A stretch of DNA of 40,779 nucleotides from Nemertoderma westbladi (taxonomy: Eukaryota; Animalia; Xenacoelomorpha): contig JAUCBJ010004637.1 of the NCBI GenBank assembly GCA_032718475.1, forward strand, positions 1 to 40,779, written 5' to 3'. Below, piece after piece: positions 1 through 15,416 of this stretch. Made by a program: the position numbers and the translations under genes. The stretch's first letter is position 1, and every line of letters starts with the position of its first letter. The notes below the pieces were generated by a model. That model was not told the DNA's origin, did no database searches, and saw nothing but the letters and a program-made list of their open reading frames with translations.

Positions 1-937
1 CAAGTGTTTACTACTAGTGCATAATATTAATATGTATTTATTGATATGTCAAATAGTGTTGCCATGTCATTCCATTGAGGTACCTACTGAACAGTGAACA
101 GCCGGTTATGCAAGAAAATTCACATAATGTCAGTAATAAAACTGTTTTAACATCAAACGATCCAGTGGTTTTACTATCCCCAGTGGCCAAAGAGAGCGTG
201 GGATTAAGCCTATATGTTTCGTTATATACCAATATACTTAAAAGTTTAATTAAATGAATAGCTTAATATATTCGAACCAACCACCGCTATTGTGGGTGGC
301 CTAAACTAATTAGGACTTTAATGGTTGCACTTTGACCAATGGACTTACTTTGATCGGGTACGTGGAAGCCAGAAGTCGTGTAACATACAATAAATACACA
401 AAGGATTTAATTATTATTCTAAGTATTGAATTTTAATTATAGATGTAATTCAATTAAGAATCACCAAATGAATTGGCACTAATTTATAAGTATTTCTGTG
501 ATTTTTCGTTTTATCACCATGAAAACCACCAAGGCCGGTAAGAAAAAAGGTGGACGTCAGCAATTAATATTACTGAACGGTTTGACAACTTTTGCTACAG
601 AAGACAATGAGGTTAATAATGAAGATATGAATTGGGAATTTCCTTGGCTGGTGGAAAAGCGTGGAGGTTTTGTGATAGTTTCGTGGGAAAATATGTATCT
701 GCCTGCATGGATATTCGGAAAAGTTACTTATTCGATATGCAATATATTCCATATACAGAATATAGTAGTAATATATATATATAGGAGTCGCTTCTTCTAG
801 TGGTGACTAGGTTCGACCCCTGATGGAGCAGAACTGTTTGTGCACAGTGACGATGAAGCCAAGCCCAACCCATGCTTACTTACTTGACTGTCTGGTCGAT
901 ATATGGGAAGCAGGGTAACTTGGAAAACCGTGTAGAA

Positions 938-1105
938 AGATTTACAGCTGAAGATCACCCATGGTGGTCAACAGGCATTCCTTTAGGTAACAGATTGGAA
1001 GGGTTTACTGTGGATGATCACCCATGGTGTGGTGAATATACATTCCTTTGGAAACATAATGTGTAAGGGTTTACTGTGGAAAATCACCCATGGTGATGAA
1101 CATGC
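938..1105. repeat. Degenerate tandem repeat, 3 units of ~63-66 bp
   Basis: TTTAC..TG.A.ATCACCCATGGTG recurs, with TCACCCATGGT at 955, 1018 and 1084. No reading frame stays open across all three units. Confidence 0.65.
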
Positions 1106-1330
1106 ATGCCCTGGCTCAAGGGGAGATGGTACTCCAGGCTAAGCCCATACATTTTACTATTTATTAACACATCCGTACCAATTAATCTGGTTCTACAACA
1201 TGTAATTTGATGAAAGTTTCCAGAATGGCAGACAAACTAGCGAGACACACCTGAAATCCGAAATAATTGAAAATTTTTTTGTGTCAATGAATGGGGCTAC
1301 ATAACTTATCTTAAAACTTTTGTCAAAATT

Positions 1331-1873
<543 letters not shown>

Positions 1874-2151
1874 AAGCTACGATACTGCTCTAGAGACCGG
1901 CATCAATAAGCGTATCATTCCCGTAAGATATAAAGGAGCTTTTAACATCGCAATTGCACTCGGCAGAAATCAATTACTTCAGAGGATCTAAGAATAATAC
2001 CGACCACCACCGATAGACGTTGGATACACACTATAAAGATGAAGCACGCACATGGCACAATATAATCAATAAATATAGATCATATTTCAGCTGCAAAAAT
2101 TAATAGAATGTTCCATGAAATGCATTTGATACACGGAGAGCCAAAAGATTG

Positions 2152-5100
2152 TCCACCTCTACTTCTTACAGAATATAATCTACACACCTCAGACACACAT
2201 CCACCTCTACTTCTAACAGAATATAATCTACTCACCTCAGACACACATCCATCTCTACTTCTTACAGAATATAATCTACTCACCTCAGACACACATCCAC
2301 CTCTACTTCTTACAGAATATAATCTACTCACCTCAGACACGCATCCACCTCTACTTCTTACAGAATATAATCTACTCACCTCAGACACACATCCATCTCT
2401 ACTTCTTACAGAATATAATCTACTCACCTCAGACACACATCCATCTCTACTTCTTACAGAATATAATCTACTCACCTCAGACACACATCCACCTCTACTT
2501 CTAACAGAATATAATCTACTCACCTCAGACACACATCCATCTCTACTTCTTACAGAATATAATCTACTCACCTCAGACACACATCCGCCTCTACTTCTTA
2601 CAGAATATATTCTACTCACCTCAGACACACATCCGCCTCTACTTCTTACAGAATATAATCTACGCACCTCAGTCACACATCTGTACTACCTGTATTTCTT
2701 ACAGAATATAATCTACTCACCTCAGACACACATCCACCTCTACTTCTTACATAATATAATCTACTCACCTCAGACACACATCTGTACTACCTGTACTTCT
2801 TACAGAATATAATCTACTCACCTCAGACACACATCCGCCTCTACTTCTTACAGAATATAATCTACTCACCTCAGACACACATCTGTACTACCTGTACTTC
2901 TTACAGAATATAATCTACTCACCTCAGACACACATCCGCCTCTACTTCTTACAGAATATAATCTACTCACCTCAGACACACATCTGTACTACCTGTACTT
3001 CTTACAGAATATAATCTACACACCTCAGACACACATCCACCTGTACTTCTTACAGAATATAATCTACTCACCTCAGTCACACATCCACCTCTACTTCTTA
3101 CAGAATATAATCTACTCACCTCAGACACACATCCGCCTCTACTTCTTACAGAATATAATCTACTCACCTCAGACACACATCTGTACTACCTGTACTTCTT
3201 ACAGAATATAATCTACTCACCTCAGTCACACATCCACCTCTACTTCTTACAGAATATAATCTACTCACCTCAGACACACATCTGTACTACCTGTACTTCT
3301 TACAGAATATAATCTACTCACCTCAGACACACATCCGCCTCTACTTCTTACAGAATATATTCTACTCACCTCAGACACACATCCGCCTCTACTTCTTACA
3401 GAATATAATCTACTCATCTCAGACACACATCCATCTCTACTTCTTACAGAATATAATCTACACACCTCAGACACACATCCACCTCTACTTCTTACAGAAT
3501 ATAATCTACTCACCTCAGATACACATCTACCTCTACTTCTTACAGAATATAATCTACTCACCTCAGACACACATCTGTACTACCTGTACTTCTTACAGAA
3601 TATAATCTACACACCTCAGACACACATCCACCTCTACTTCTTACAGAATATAATCTACTCACCTCAGATACACATCTACCTCTACTTCTTACAGAATATA
3701 ATCTACTCACCTCAGACACACATCTGTACTACCTGTACTTCTTACAGAATATAATCTACACACCTCAGACACACATCCACCTCTACTTCTTACAGAATAT
3801 AATCTACACACCTCAGACACACATCCACCTCTACTTCTTACAGAATATAATCTACTCACCTCAGAAACACATCAACCTCTACTTCTTACAGAATATAATC
3901 TACTCACCTCAGACACACATCCACCTGTACTTCTTACAGAATATAATCTACGCACCTTAGACACACATCTGTACTACCTGTACTTCTTACAGAATATAAT
4001 CTACTCACCTCAGTCACACATCCGCCTCTACTTCTTACAGAATATAATCTACTCACCTCAGACACACATCCGCCTCTACTTCTTACAGAATATAATCTAC
4101 TCACCTCAGACACACATCCACCTGTACTTCTTACAGAATATAATCTACTCACCTCAGACACACATCCGCATCTACTTCTAACAGAATATAATCTACTCAC
4201 CTCAGTCACACATCCACCTCTACTTCTTACAGAATATAATCTACACACCTCAGACACACATCCACCTCTACTTCTTACAGAATATAATCTACTCACCTCA
4301 GAAACACATCTACCTCTACTTCTTACAGAATATAATCTACTCACCTCAGACACACATCCGCCTCTACTTCTTACAGAATATAATCTACTCACCTCAGACA
4401 CACATCCACCTGTACTTCTTACAGAATATAATCTACTCACCTCAGACACACATCCGCATCTACTTCTAACAGAATATAATCTACTCACCTCAGTCACACA
4501 TCCACCTCTACTTCTTACAGAATATAATCTACACACCTCAGACACACATCCACCTCTACTTCTTACAGAATATAATCTACTCACCTCAGAAACACATCTA
4601 CCTCTACTTCTTACAGAATATAATCTACTCACCTCAGACACACATCCGCCTCTACTTCTTACAGAATATAATCTACTCACCTCAGACACACATCCACCTG
4701 TACTTCTTACAGAATATATTCTACTCACCTCAGACACACATCCACCTCTACTTCTAACAGAATATAATCTACTCACCCCAGACACACATCCACCTGTACT
4801 TCTTACATAATATAATCTACTCACCCCAGACACACATCCACCTCTACTTCTAACAGAATATAATCTACTCACCTCAGTCACACATCCACCTCTACTTCTT
4901 ACAGAATATAATCTACACACCTCAGACACACATCCACCTCTACTTCTAACAGAATATAATCTACTCACCTCAGTCACACATCCACCTCTACTTCTTACAG
5001 AATATAATCTACACACCTCAGTCACACATCCGCCTCTACTTCTTACATAATATAATCTACTCACCCCAGACACACATCCACCTCTACTTCTAACAGAATA

Positions 5101-8100
5101 TAATCTACTCACCTCAGTCACACATCCACCTCTACTTCTTACAGAATATAATCTACACACCTCAGACACACATCCGCCTCTACTTCTAACAGAATATAAT
5201 CTACTCACCTCAGTCACACATCCACCTCTACTTCTTACAGAATATAATCTACACACCTCAGACACACATCTACCTCTACTTCTTACAGAATATAATCTAC
5301 TCACCTCAGACACACATCCACCTCTACTTCTAACAGAATATAATCTACTCACCTCAGTCACACATCCACCTCTACTTCTTACAGAATATAATCTACTCAC
5401 CTCAGACACACATCCACCTCTACTTCTAACAGAATATAATCTACTCACCTCAGTCACACATCCACCTCTACTTCTTACAGAATATAATCTACTCACCTCA
5501 GACACACATCCGCCTCTACTTCTTACAGAATATAATCTACACACCTCAGACACACATCCGCCTCTACTTCTAACAGAATATAATCTACTCACCTCAGTCA
5601 CACATCCACCTCTACTTCTTACAGAATATAATCTACACACCTCAGACACACATCTACCTCTACTTCTTACAGAATATAATCTACTCACCTCAGAAACACA
5701 TCTACCTCTACTTCTTACAGAATATAATCTACTCACCTCAGACACACATCCGCCTCTACTTCTTACAGAATATAATCTACTCACCTCAGACACACATCCA
5801 CCTGTACTTCTTACAGAATATATTCTACTCACCTCAGACACACATCCACCTCTACTTCTAACAGAATATAATCTACTCACCTCAGTCACACATCCACCTC
5901 TACTTCTTACAGAATATAATCTACACACCTCAGACACACATCCGCCTCTACTTCTAACAGAATATAATCTACTCACCTCAGTCACACATCCACCTCTACT
6001 TCTTACAGAATATAATCTACACACCTCAGACACACATCTACCTCTACTTCTTACAGAATATAATCTACTCACCTCAGACACACATCCACCTCTACTTCTA
6101 ACAGAATATAATCTACTCACCTCAGACACACATCCACCTCTACTTCTTACAGAATATAATATACGCACCTTAGACACACATCTGTACTACCTGTACTTCT
6201 TACAGAATATAATCTACTCACCTCAGACACACATCCATCTCTACTTCTTACAGAATATAATCTACTCACCTCAGACACACATCCGCATCTACTTCTAACA
6301 GAATATAATCTACTCACCTCAGACACACATCCACCTGTACTTCTTACAGAATATAATCTACTCACCTCAGACACACATCCACCTCTACTTCTTACAGAAT
6401 ATAATCTACGCACCTTAGACACACATCTGTACTACCTGTACTTCTTACAGAATATAATCTACTCACCTCAGACACACATCCATCTCTACTTCTTACAGAA
6501 TATAATCTACTCACCTCAGATACACATCTACCTCTACTTCTTACAGAATATAATCTACTCCCCTCAGACACACATCCGCATCTACTTCTAACAGAATATA
6601 ATCTACTCACCTCAGTCACACATCCACCTCTACTTCTTACAGAATATAATCTACTCACCTCAGACACACATCCACCTGTACTTCTTACAGAATATAATCT
6701 ACTCACCTCAGACACACATCCACCTCTACTTCTTACAGAATATAATCTACGCACCTTAGACACACATCTGTACTACCTGTACTTCTTACAGAATATAATC
6801 TACTCACCTCAGACACACATCCACCTCTACTTCTAACAGAATATAATCTACTCACCTCAGACACACATCTGTACTACCTCTACTTCTTACAGAATATAAT
6901 CTACGCACCTTAGACACACATCCACCTGTACTTCTTACAGAATATAATCTACTCACCCCAGACACACATCCACCTGTACTTCTTACAGAATATAATCTAC
7001 TCACCTCAGACACACATCCACCTGTACTTCTTACAGAATATAATCTACTCACCCCAGACACACATCCACCTGTACTTCTTACAGAATATAATCTACTCAC
7101 CTCAGACACACATCCACCTCTACTTCTTACAGAATATAATCTACTCACCTCAGACACACATCCACCTCTACTTCTTACAGAATATAATCTACTCACCTCA
7201 GACACACATCCACCTCTACTTCTTACAGAATATAATCTACGCACCTTAGACACACATCTGTACTACCTGTACTTCTTACAGAATATAATCTACTCACCTC
7301 AGACACACATCCATCTCTACTTCTTACAGAATATAATCTACTCACCTCAGACACACATCCGCATCTACTTCTAACAGAATATAATCTACTCACCTCAGAC
7401 ACACATCCACCTGTACTTCTTACAGAATATAATCTACTCACCTCAGACACACATCCACCTCTACTTCTTACAGAATATAATCTACGCACCTTAGACACAC
7501 ATCTGTACTACCTGTACTTCTTACAGAATATAATCTACTCACCTCAGACACACATCCATCTCTACTTCTTACAGAATATAATCTACTCACCTCAGACACA
7601 CATCCGCATCTACTTCTAACAGAATATAATCTACTCACCTCAGTCACACATCCACCTCTACTTCTTACAGAATATAATCTACTCACCTCAGACACACATC
7701 CACCTGTACTTCTTACAGAATATAATCTACTCACCTCAGACACACATCCACCTCTACTTCTTACAGAATATAATCTACGCACCTTAGACACACATCTGTA
7801 CTACCTGTACTTCTTACAGAATATAATCTACTCACCTCAGACACACATCCACCTCTACTTCTAACAGAATATAATCTACTCACCTCAGACACACATCTGT
7901 ACTACCTCTACTTCTTACAGAATATAATCTACGCACCTTAGACACACATCCACCTGTACTTCTTACAGAATATAATCTACTCACCCCAGACACACATCCA
8001 CCTGTACTTCTTACAGAATATAATCTACTCACCTCAGACACACATCCACCTGTACTTCTTACAGAATATAATCTACTCACCCCAGACACACATCCACCTG

Positions 8101-11100
8101 TACTTCTTACAGAATATAATCTACTCACCTCAGACACACATCCACCTGTACTTCTTACAGAATATAATCTACTCACCTCAGACACACATCCACCTCTACT
8201 TCTTACAGAATATAATCTACGCACCTTAGACACACATCTGTACTACCTGTACTTCTTACAGAATATAATCTACTCACCTCAGACACACATCCATCTCTAC
8301 TTCTTACAGAATATAATCTACTCACCTCAGACACACATCCACCTCTACTTCTTACAGAATATAATCTACGCACCTTAGACACACATCTGTACTACCTGTA
8401 CTTCTTACAGAATATAATCTACTCACCTCAGACACACATCCACCTCTACTTCTTACAGAATATAATCTACGCACCTTAGACACACATCTGTACTACCTGT
8501 ACTTCTTACAGAATATAATCTACTCACCTCAGACACACATCCACCTCTACTTCTTACAGAATATAATCTACGCACCTTAGACACACATCTGTACTACCTG
8601 TACTTCTTACAGAATATAATCTACTCACCTCAGACACACATCCACCTCTACTTCTTACAGAATATAATCTACGCACCTTAGACACACATCTGTACTACCT
8701 GTACTTCTTACAGAATATAATCTACTCACCTCAGACACACATCCATCTCTACTTCTTACAGAATATAATCTACTCACCTCAGACACACATCCGCATCTAC
8801 TTCTAACAGAATATAATCTACTCACCTCAGTCACACATCCACCTCTACTTCTTACAGAATATAATCTACTCACCTCAGACACACATCCACCTGTACTTCT
8901 TACAGAATATAATCTACTCACCTCAGACACACATCCACCTCTACTTCTTACAGAATATAATCTACGCACCTTAGACACACATCTGTACTACCTGTACTTC
9001 TTACAGAATATAATCTACTCACCTCAGACACACATCCACCTCTACTTCTAACAGAATATAATCTACTCACCTCAGACACACATCTGTACTACCTCTACTT
9101 CTTACAGAATATAATCTACGCACCTTAGACACACATCCACCTGTACTTCTTACAGAATATAATCTACTCACCCCAGACACACATCCACCTGTACTTCTTA
9201 CAGAATATAATCTACTCACCTCAGACACACATCCACCTGTACTTCTTACAGAATATAATCTACTCACCCCAGACACACATCCACCTGTACTTCTTACAGA
9301 ATATAATCTACTCACCTCAGACACACATCCACCTGTACTTCTTACAGAATATAATCTACTCACCTCAGACACACATCCACCTCTACTTCTTACAGAATAT
9401 AATCTACGCACCTTAGACACACATCTGTACTACCTGTACTTCTTACAGAATATAATCTACTCACCTCAGACACACATCCATCTCTACTTCTTACAGAATA
9501 TAATCTACTCACCTCAGACACACATCCACCTCTACTTCTTACAGAATATAATCTACGCACCTTAGACACACATCTGTACTACCTGTACTTCTTACAGAAT
9601 ATAATCTACTCACCTCAGACACACATCCACCTCTACTTCTTACAGAATATAATCTACGCACCTTAGACACACATCTGTACTACCTGTACTTCTTACAGAA
9701 TATAATCTACTCACCTCAGACACACATCCACCTCTACTTCTTACAGAATATAATCTACGCACCTTAGACACACATCTGTACTACCTGTACTTCTTACAGA
9801 ATATAATCTACTCACCTCAGACACACATCCACCTCTACTTCTTACAGAATATAATCTACGCACCTTAGACACACATCTGTACTACCTGTACTTCTTACAG
9901 AATATAATCTACTCACCTCAGACACACATCCACCTCTACTTCTTACAGAATATAATCTACGCACCTTAGACACACATCTGTACTACCTGTACTTCTTACA
10001 GAATATAATCTACTCACCTCAGTCACACATCCACCTCTACTTCTTACAGAATATATTCTACTCACCTCAGATACACATCTACCTCTACTTCTTACAGAAT
10101 ATAATCTACTCACCTCAGACACACATCTGTACTACCTGTACTTCTTACAGAATATAATCTACACACCTCAGACACACATCCACCTCTACTTCTTACAGAA
10201 TATAATCTACTCACCTCAGACACACATCCGCCTCTACTTCTTACAGAATATAATCTACTCACCTCAGACACACATCTGTACTACCTGTACTTCTTACAGA
10301 ATATAATCTACTCACCTCAGACACACATCCACCTCTACTTCTTACAGAATATAATCTACTCACCTCAGACACACATCCACCTCTACTTCTTACAGAATAT
10401 AATCTACTCACCTCAGACACACATCCGCCTCTACTTCTTACAGAATATAATCTACTCACCTCAGACACACATCCGCCTCTACTTCTTACAGAATATAATC
10501 TACTCACCTCAGACACACATCTGTACTACCTGTACTTCTTACAGAATATAATCTACTCACCTCAGACACACATCCACCTCTACTTCTTACAGAATATAAT
10601 CTACTCACCTCAGACACACATCCGCCTCTACTTCTTACAGAATATAATCTACTCACCTCAGACACACATCTGTACTACCTGTACTTCTTACAGAATATAA
10701 TCTACTCACCTCAGACACACATCCACCTCTACTTCTAACAGAATATAATCTACTCACCCCAGAAACACATCTACCTCTACTTCTTACAGAATATAATCTA
10801 CTCACCTCAGTCACACATCCGCCTCTACTTCTTACAGAATATATTCTACTCATCTCAGACACACATCCATCTCTACTTCTTACAGAATATATTCTACTCA
10901 TCTCAGACACACATCCACCTCTACTTCTTACAGAATATAATCTACTCACCTCAGACACACATCCACCTCTACTTCTTACAGAATATAATCTACACACCTT
11001 AGACACACATCTGTACTACCTGTATTTCTTACAGAATATAATCTACTCACCTCAGACACACATACACCTCTACTTCTTACAGAATATAATCTACTCACCT

Positions 11101-11245
11101 CAGACACACATCCACCTGTACTTCTTACAGAATATAATCTACTCACCTCAGACACACATCCACCTCTACTTCTTACAGAATATAATCTACACACCTTAGA
11201 CACACATCTGTACTACCTGTACTTCTTACAGAATATAATCTACAC
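2152..11245. repeat. Tandem satellite: 48-bp monomer plus 53-bp variant, roughly 185 units, with higher-order repeats
   Basis: Monomer TACTTCTTACAGAATATAATCTACTCACCTCAGACACACATCCACCTC. The variant with TGTACTACCTG is 5 bp longer. Identical or near-identical ORF translations recur at offsets of 1076 and 1187 bp. Confidence 0.98.
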
Positions 11246-11380
11246 CATGTTGTTGTTGTTGTGTTTGTTGTCGTCATTCTGCATTGTTCGCTTTATGCTT
11301 CCATAACTACGCGATCTAGTGCGTTTTAAATGAGTGATGTATCATTTTGAACAGTACCGGTAGGGCAATGTTGTAGAGAC

Positions 11381-11518
11381 CTAACAGAGAACATTTAAAC
11401 AGCGAACTAAAATAGGTCAATTGCTCACCAAATTTGCACTCTCTGATAAAACCCTCTGTTAATGTTCTCTGTTTAAGTTAACAGAAGACATTAACAGAGA
11501 ACCAATTACTCATCGCCC
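11381..11518. mobile_element. Right-end remnant of a Harbinger/PIF-like DNA transposon
   Basis: Near-identical to 15913-16050. Ends in TIR CAATTACTCATCGCCC followed by CTG. Confidence 0.7.
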
Positions 11519-11790
11519 CTGGGGCGATGAGCAATTGCCTCTGTTAAGCCTCTGTTAAGCTAACAGAGAAGATTTGATCGCTGATAATTTTAGTCGGTGA
11601 GTTATTGGCAATGTTAGTTCTCTGTCTGATAAGTCACTGTTAAAGGGTGAGTTTTACGTTCACTGTTAGTTCTCTGTGAACTAACTGAGAACATTTTCCT
11701 TAACAGAGGTAAAACCTCTGTTTAGGCTATTAGCAGAAGCACGTGTTAACACACCATGTAATATTGCCAACTGTAATATTTAACATTAAC

Positions 11791-11985
11791 ATGTGGCGTG
11801 TTCAGTTTGACATAGAAATTGGTAACAGGCGTAAACCAGTATATAATAAGAAGTACAACCCGTTATCCCAATTACGACAATATGATTTTTTTGAAAGGTT
11901 CGGGTTTTATCCTGTTCATTTTGAAGAAATTATTTCAGTTATTCGTGGTGACATCATGTTAGATCTAAAGAAGGGTGTTTCCTGA
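11791..11985 (+). pseudogene. 5' fragment of a Harbinger (HARBI1-like) transposase
   Basis: RRKPVYNKKYNPLSQLRQYDFFERFGFYPVHFEEIISVIRGDI resembles, from memory, the N-terminal R..R..NPL....F.ERYRF....L...L pattern of Harbinger transposases. It sits ~270 bp inside the left TIR and ends just before the LINE. Confidence 0.45.
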
Positions 11986-12056
11986 AATACAGTTGGCTAT
12001 ACTACTACCAGGTACTACGCTGATGGAGGGTATGCCAGAGCTGTTGGAGATTTACA

Positions 12057-14127
12057 TTATCTCTGGAAATTGATTGTTTTCGGCTGGAACCCAGTTCAAG
12101 AAGCGAACTGGAAAGCTATGGACTCATAGTGGACCCAGTGGTCACAAGTCCCAGATAGACCATATCCTGTTTCGTAGGAAATACAGGAGCTCTATACAAG
12201 ACTGTAATGCATTTACACTACGACCCTTCTCCAGTGATCACCGCCTTATTGTGGCCAAGGTAAGACTTAGTCTGCGTGCTAGCAGAACAACGAAATCTGC
12301 CTTGCCGCGGCATGACTGGTCCTCTCTATTGCAACAGCCAAGTGTGAGATCCAGCTCCACACTACAGCTGAGCAACAGGTATGAGGCTCTTGCCTCTGAG
12401 GCGGCAGATCACTGTGAGGGCTATACTGCCTTTACAGAAGCAGTTAAGTTAGCAGCTGCAGAAACAGTCCCTGTATACCCTCGAAACAGGAAAAGGGCCC
12501 CCTGGACTGACAACAAAATTCAGAAGGGCCGAAATGACCGTCATAAGGCGCAGAAAGAGTCCCGGCTCAAACAGACTACAGCAGCCAAGAATGCAGTTAA
12601 GGCTGCATCTAGGTCCCTGAACTGGCAGTACTCTGCTAATCTACAGGAGCTAATAAACCAACACGTTGATGCCATCAATGATGCTGACGACAGCAGGCAA
12701 TCATCCCAGGCATGGAAATCATCAATCTGCTTACTGGGCGGAAAAGCCAACCAACCACCAAGTTTAAGGCTGAATCACCAGCCGATCGCCTCAATGGTTG
12801 GAAAGCCCACTTTGAAAAACTCCTCAATAATGACAGGGTATTGCTTGATAACTTTATGGAAGTAAAAGTGTCTGAGTCTGTACTCCCAGATATTCCCATT
12901 GGCGATATCTCCTTTGCAGAAGTGAAGGCTGCTGCAAAGAGCATTAAGACCAATCGTGCCAGTGGAGTAGATGGTGTTCCCCCTGAGGTCTTTAAAATAC
13001 CTGAGTGTTTAAAGCTCATCTATCCCATCATAGTAGACATGTACCGAACAACAAGAGTCCCACAAGAAATGAAAATAAATAAGTTGGTGCCAATTCCCAA
13101 GAAGGGCAACCTAACACTCTATGGTTCTTTTTGGGGAATCTCATTGATCTCGATTGCTGCAAAGCTATACAATAGAATTCTTTTAAATCACATCAGGGAT
13201 CCCATTGAGAGACTGCTCCGTGGAAATCAGAATGGGTTCCGTAAAGGTCGTGGGACCATGGAGCCCATTTTGGCACTTAGAAGGATAATTGAAGAGTTAT
13301 CAAAAAAGAAAGACAGGCATCTGGCTGTTATCTTTGTTGACTTCTTCAAGCCCTTTGATTCAGTCTCTCGTTCACGTATGTTCAGCATACTTTCATTATA
13401 TGGGATTCCTGATGAAATTATTGCAGCAATCAGATCAGTATACGATGGTTCGACAACATTTGTGTCTACTGTTGACGGTGACACAGAACCATTTGAAGTG
13501 TTATGGAGCGTCCTCCAGGGAGACACACTTGCACCATTCTTGTTCATAATTGTTGTTGACAGTTATGTCAACAACATGTCCTTAGCATGTCCTTAGATCA
13601 TCATAATGATGATGGTGTGATGATAACTCCACCTACTGGCTCCAGAAGTCGAGGAAATCCTGCCAAGTACCTAACTGATCTAGACTTTGCGGATGACTTA
13701 GGAGTACTCTCAGAATCACTAGAGGGAGCCCAATGGCTCCTCAGCTCATTAGAACATGCTGCTTCCAGTGTTGGTCTTTTTATTAACTCCAGAAAGACCA
13801 AAATTTTGACAGTTAACTTTGAAAGTCCTCAGCAAGTCTCTGATCGGATGAGCATAAGCTCAAAAGATGGTATGCTTGAGCATGTGGATGACTTCTGTTA
13901 CCTGGGATCATGGATCCGGAAGTCAGGTGAGGACCTTCGAATACGTAAGGGAAAGGCATGGGCAGCCTTGAATAGGCTCTCCAGGATTTGGAAGTCACCG
14001 AGAATTAATCGGAAACTTAAGGTCCGATTATTTGGAGCAGCAGTAGTTCCAGTACTCCTCTATGGGAGTCCATGCTGGGCTCTAACTGCTGAGGACACCA
14101 AATCTCTGGATGGCACATTCACAAGAA
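12057..14127 (+). mobile_element. RTE-clade non-LTR retrotransposon fragment (endonuclease C-terminus plus RT), truncated at both ends and frameshifted
   Basis: Three overlapping ORFs carry the APE motifs SQIDHIL and SDHRL and the RT motifs QNGFRKGR, FVDFFKPFDSV, LQGDTLAPFLF, LDFADD and FCYLGS. It is a close paralogue of 22541-26255. Confidence 0.93.
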
Positions 14128-15273
14128 AGGGCGTGGCCATATCTATGCCGGACTTTGGCACTACCACCTCCCACCTCTTCCACCCCCACCCCCCCCCCCC
14201 CCCCCCCCTCCCCCCAACCAAAAGACCCTATCAAACGGATAAAAGCGAAGAGCAACAATTGAAAAATATATTTTCATATTGATCGAAATAGTAGGTAAAA
14301 TTTAAAGGCAGTGCATTTCGAATTTTCTTTCTCATCGATTTTCAATGTTTTACAGAGACTTCCCTACGGTTACTACGGAGACCTAATTGTAAACAAAAAA
14401 TACATTTTGTACTGTGATGGGATCGTAGATCCCGACCGGGTTATATTTTGTACGCGTCGCCTGACTGCTGGTCTGCTGGGCTAATGTTCTTTAGGCTGAG
14501 AGCCGTTCGGGAAAATAACAGAGTTTTGTGTTCCTCAATGTTAATGTTCCAAATGATAATAGCACAGAATTAGTAATGTGACTGATATCGCAATACAGAA
14601 TGAATGACAGGAGTAAATCGGTAATAGATATTAGTTGGCGACGGTCGAAAACTATGACTGGTCTGCAACTCTGTGATTAATGAACTGACCGGTAAATCAG
14701 TAATACAGAATAATATATGATTGATACACACATATATTGGTTTCACCTCTTACTCTACTTGGCCTTCTGTACCCAGTGGATGCTCTCCTATCTCTGTTCA
14801 CGTGCTTCCCTCCCCGTTATTGGCAAATATACTTATTGTCACTTTGGCACTCCCTGTGAGTGTTTCCCCCCCCCCGCCGCTAGCCTTTACTAGCTGTGTT
14901 CTCCCTCCGAAGTGGTTTGACCTCTCACCTCTCTCTGTTTCTTTAGGGCTTGTATCCCCCCCCCCCCCCAAAGTTGGTTATGAGGCGAGATTATTATTGG
15001 TAATCTCGTATCCCCAACTATATTGGTAAAATGCCACTGGTCCCATTTTCGGGTGGATAGTGCAATGGAATTGAATCCGCTTACATGTACATACGATTTG
15101 TGGGTTTTAAACACACCACCTTCAGGGGGACGTGAATTCAAGGCAATGGATTAAACCGCTACGGCTTAATTAAGATAACTTCTGATAGTTAAATTTTTGA
15201 GGAATTTTTTTCTACTTTCTTTCAAGGGGGAGGCTATAGCCACACGGTCTCCCCCTCGGTACGCTAGTGTACT

Positions 15274-15416
15274 CTTCCTTGCATCCTTACTTGAGTGGTA
15301 GCTAAATGAGTACTGGAGTTTCCTCTTGTAATTCTCTGGGACCGCACTGGAAATAAGACTTTGTGCGTAATCACTGGCCTACCGGCCGAAGAAAACTTTA
15401 CTTTTACTTTACCTTC
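15274..15416 (+). mobile_element. 5'-truncated SINE body and tail
   Basis: CCTTGCATCCTTA...TAGCTAAATGAGTACTGGA is shared with the SINE at 27425-27641 (-). Ends in a short CTTTA/CTTTTA tandem tail. Confidence 0.55.

Noticed and set aside
38-800. Short ORFs at the left edge as exons of another gene
   Set aside because: No recognisable domain or consistent splice phases.
785-870. B-box-like GGTTCGACCC
   Set aside because: No properly spaced A box, cloverleaf, tail or TSD.
2080-11203. Long repetitive ORFs (up to 747 aa, RLYSVRSRGGCVSEVS)
   Set aside because: The 48-bp unit is 16 codons and stop-free by chance. The 53-bp variants break the frame freely, so there is no sign of coding constraint.
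11965-11991. Acceptor TGTATTTCAG (-) as GLRX3 exon 4
   Set aside because: It would give CGNTLL* rather than CGFS, and it lies within transposon sequence.
14413-14730. Possible solo LTR starting TGTGATGGGATC
   Set aside because: No matching CA terminus with TSD, PBS or PPT was identified.
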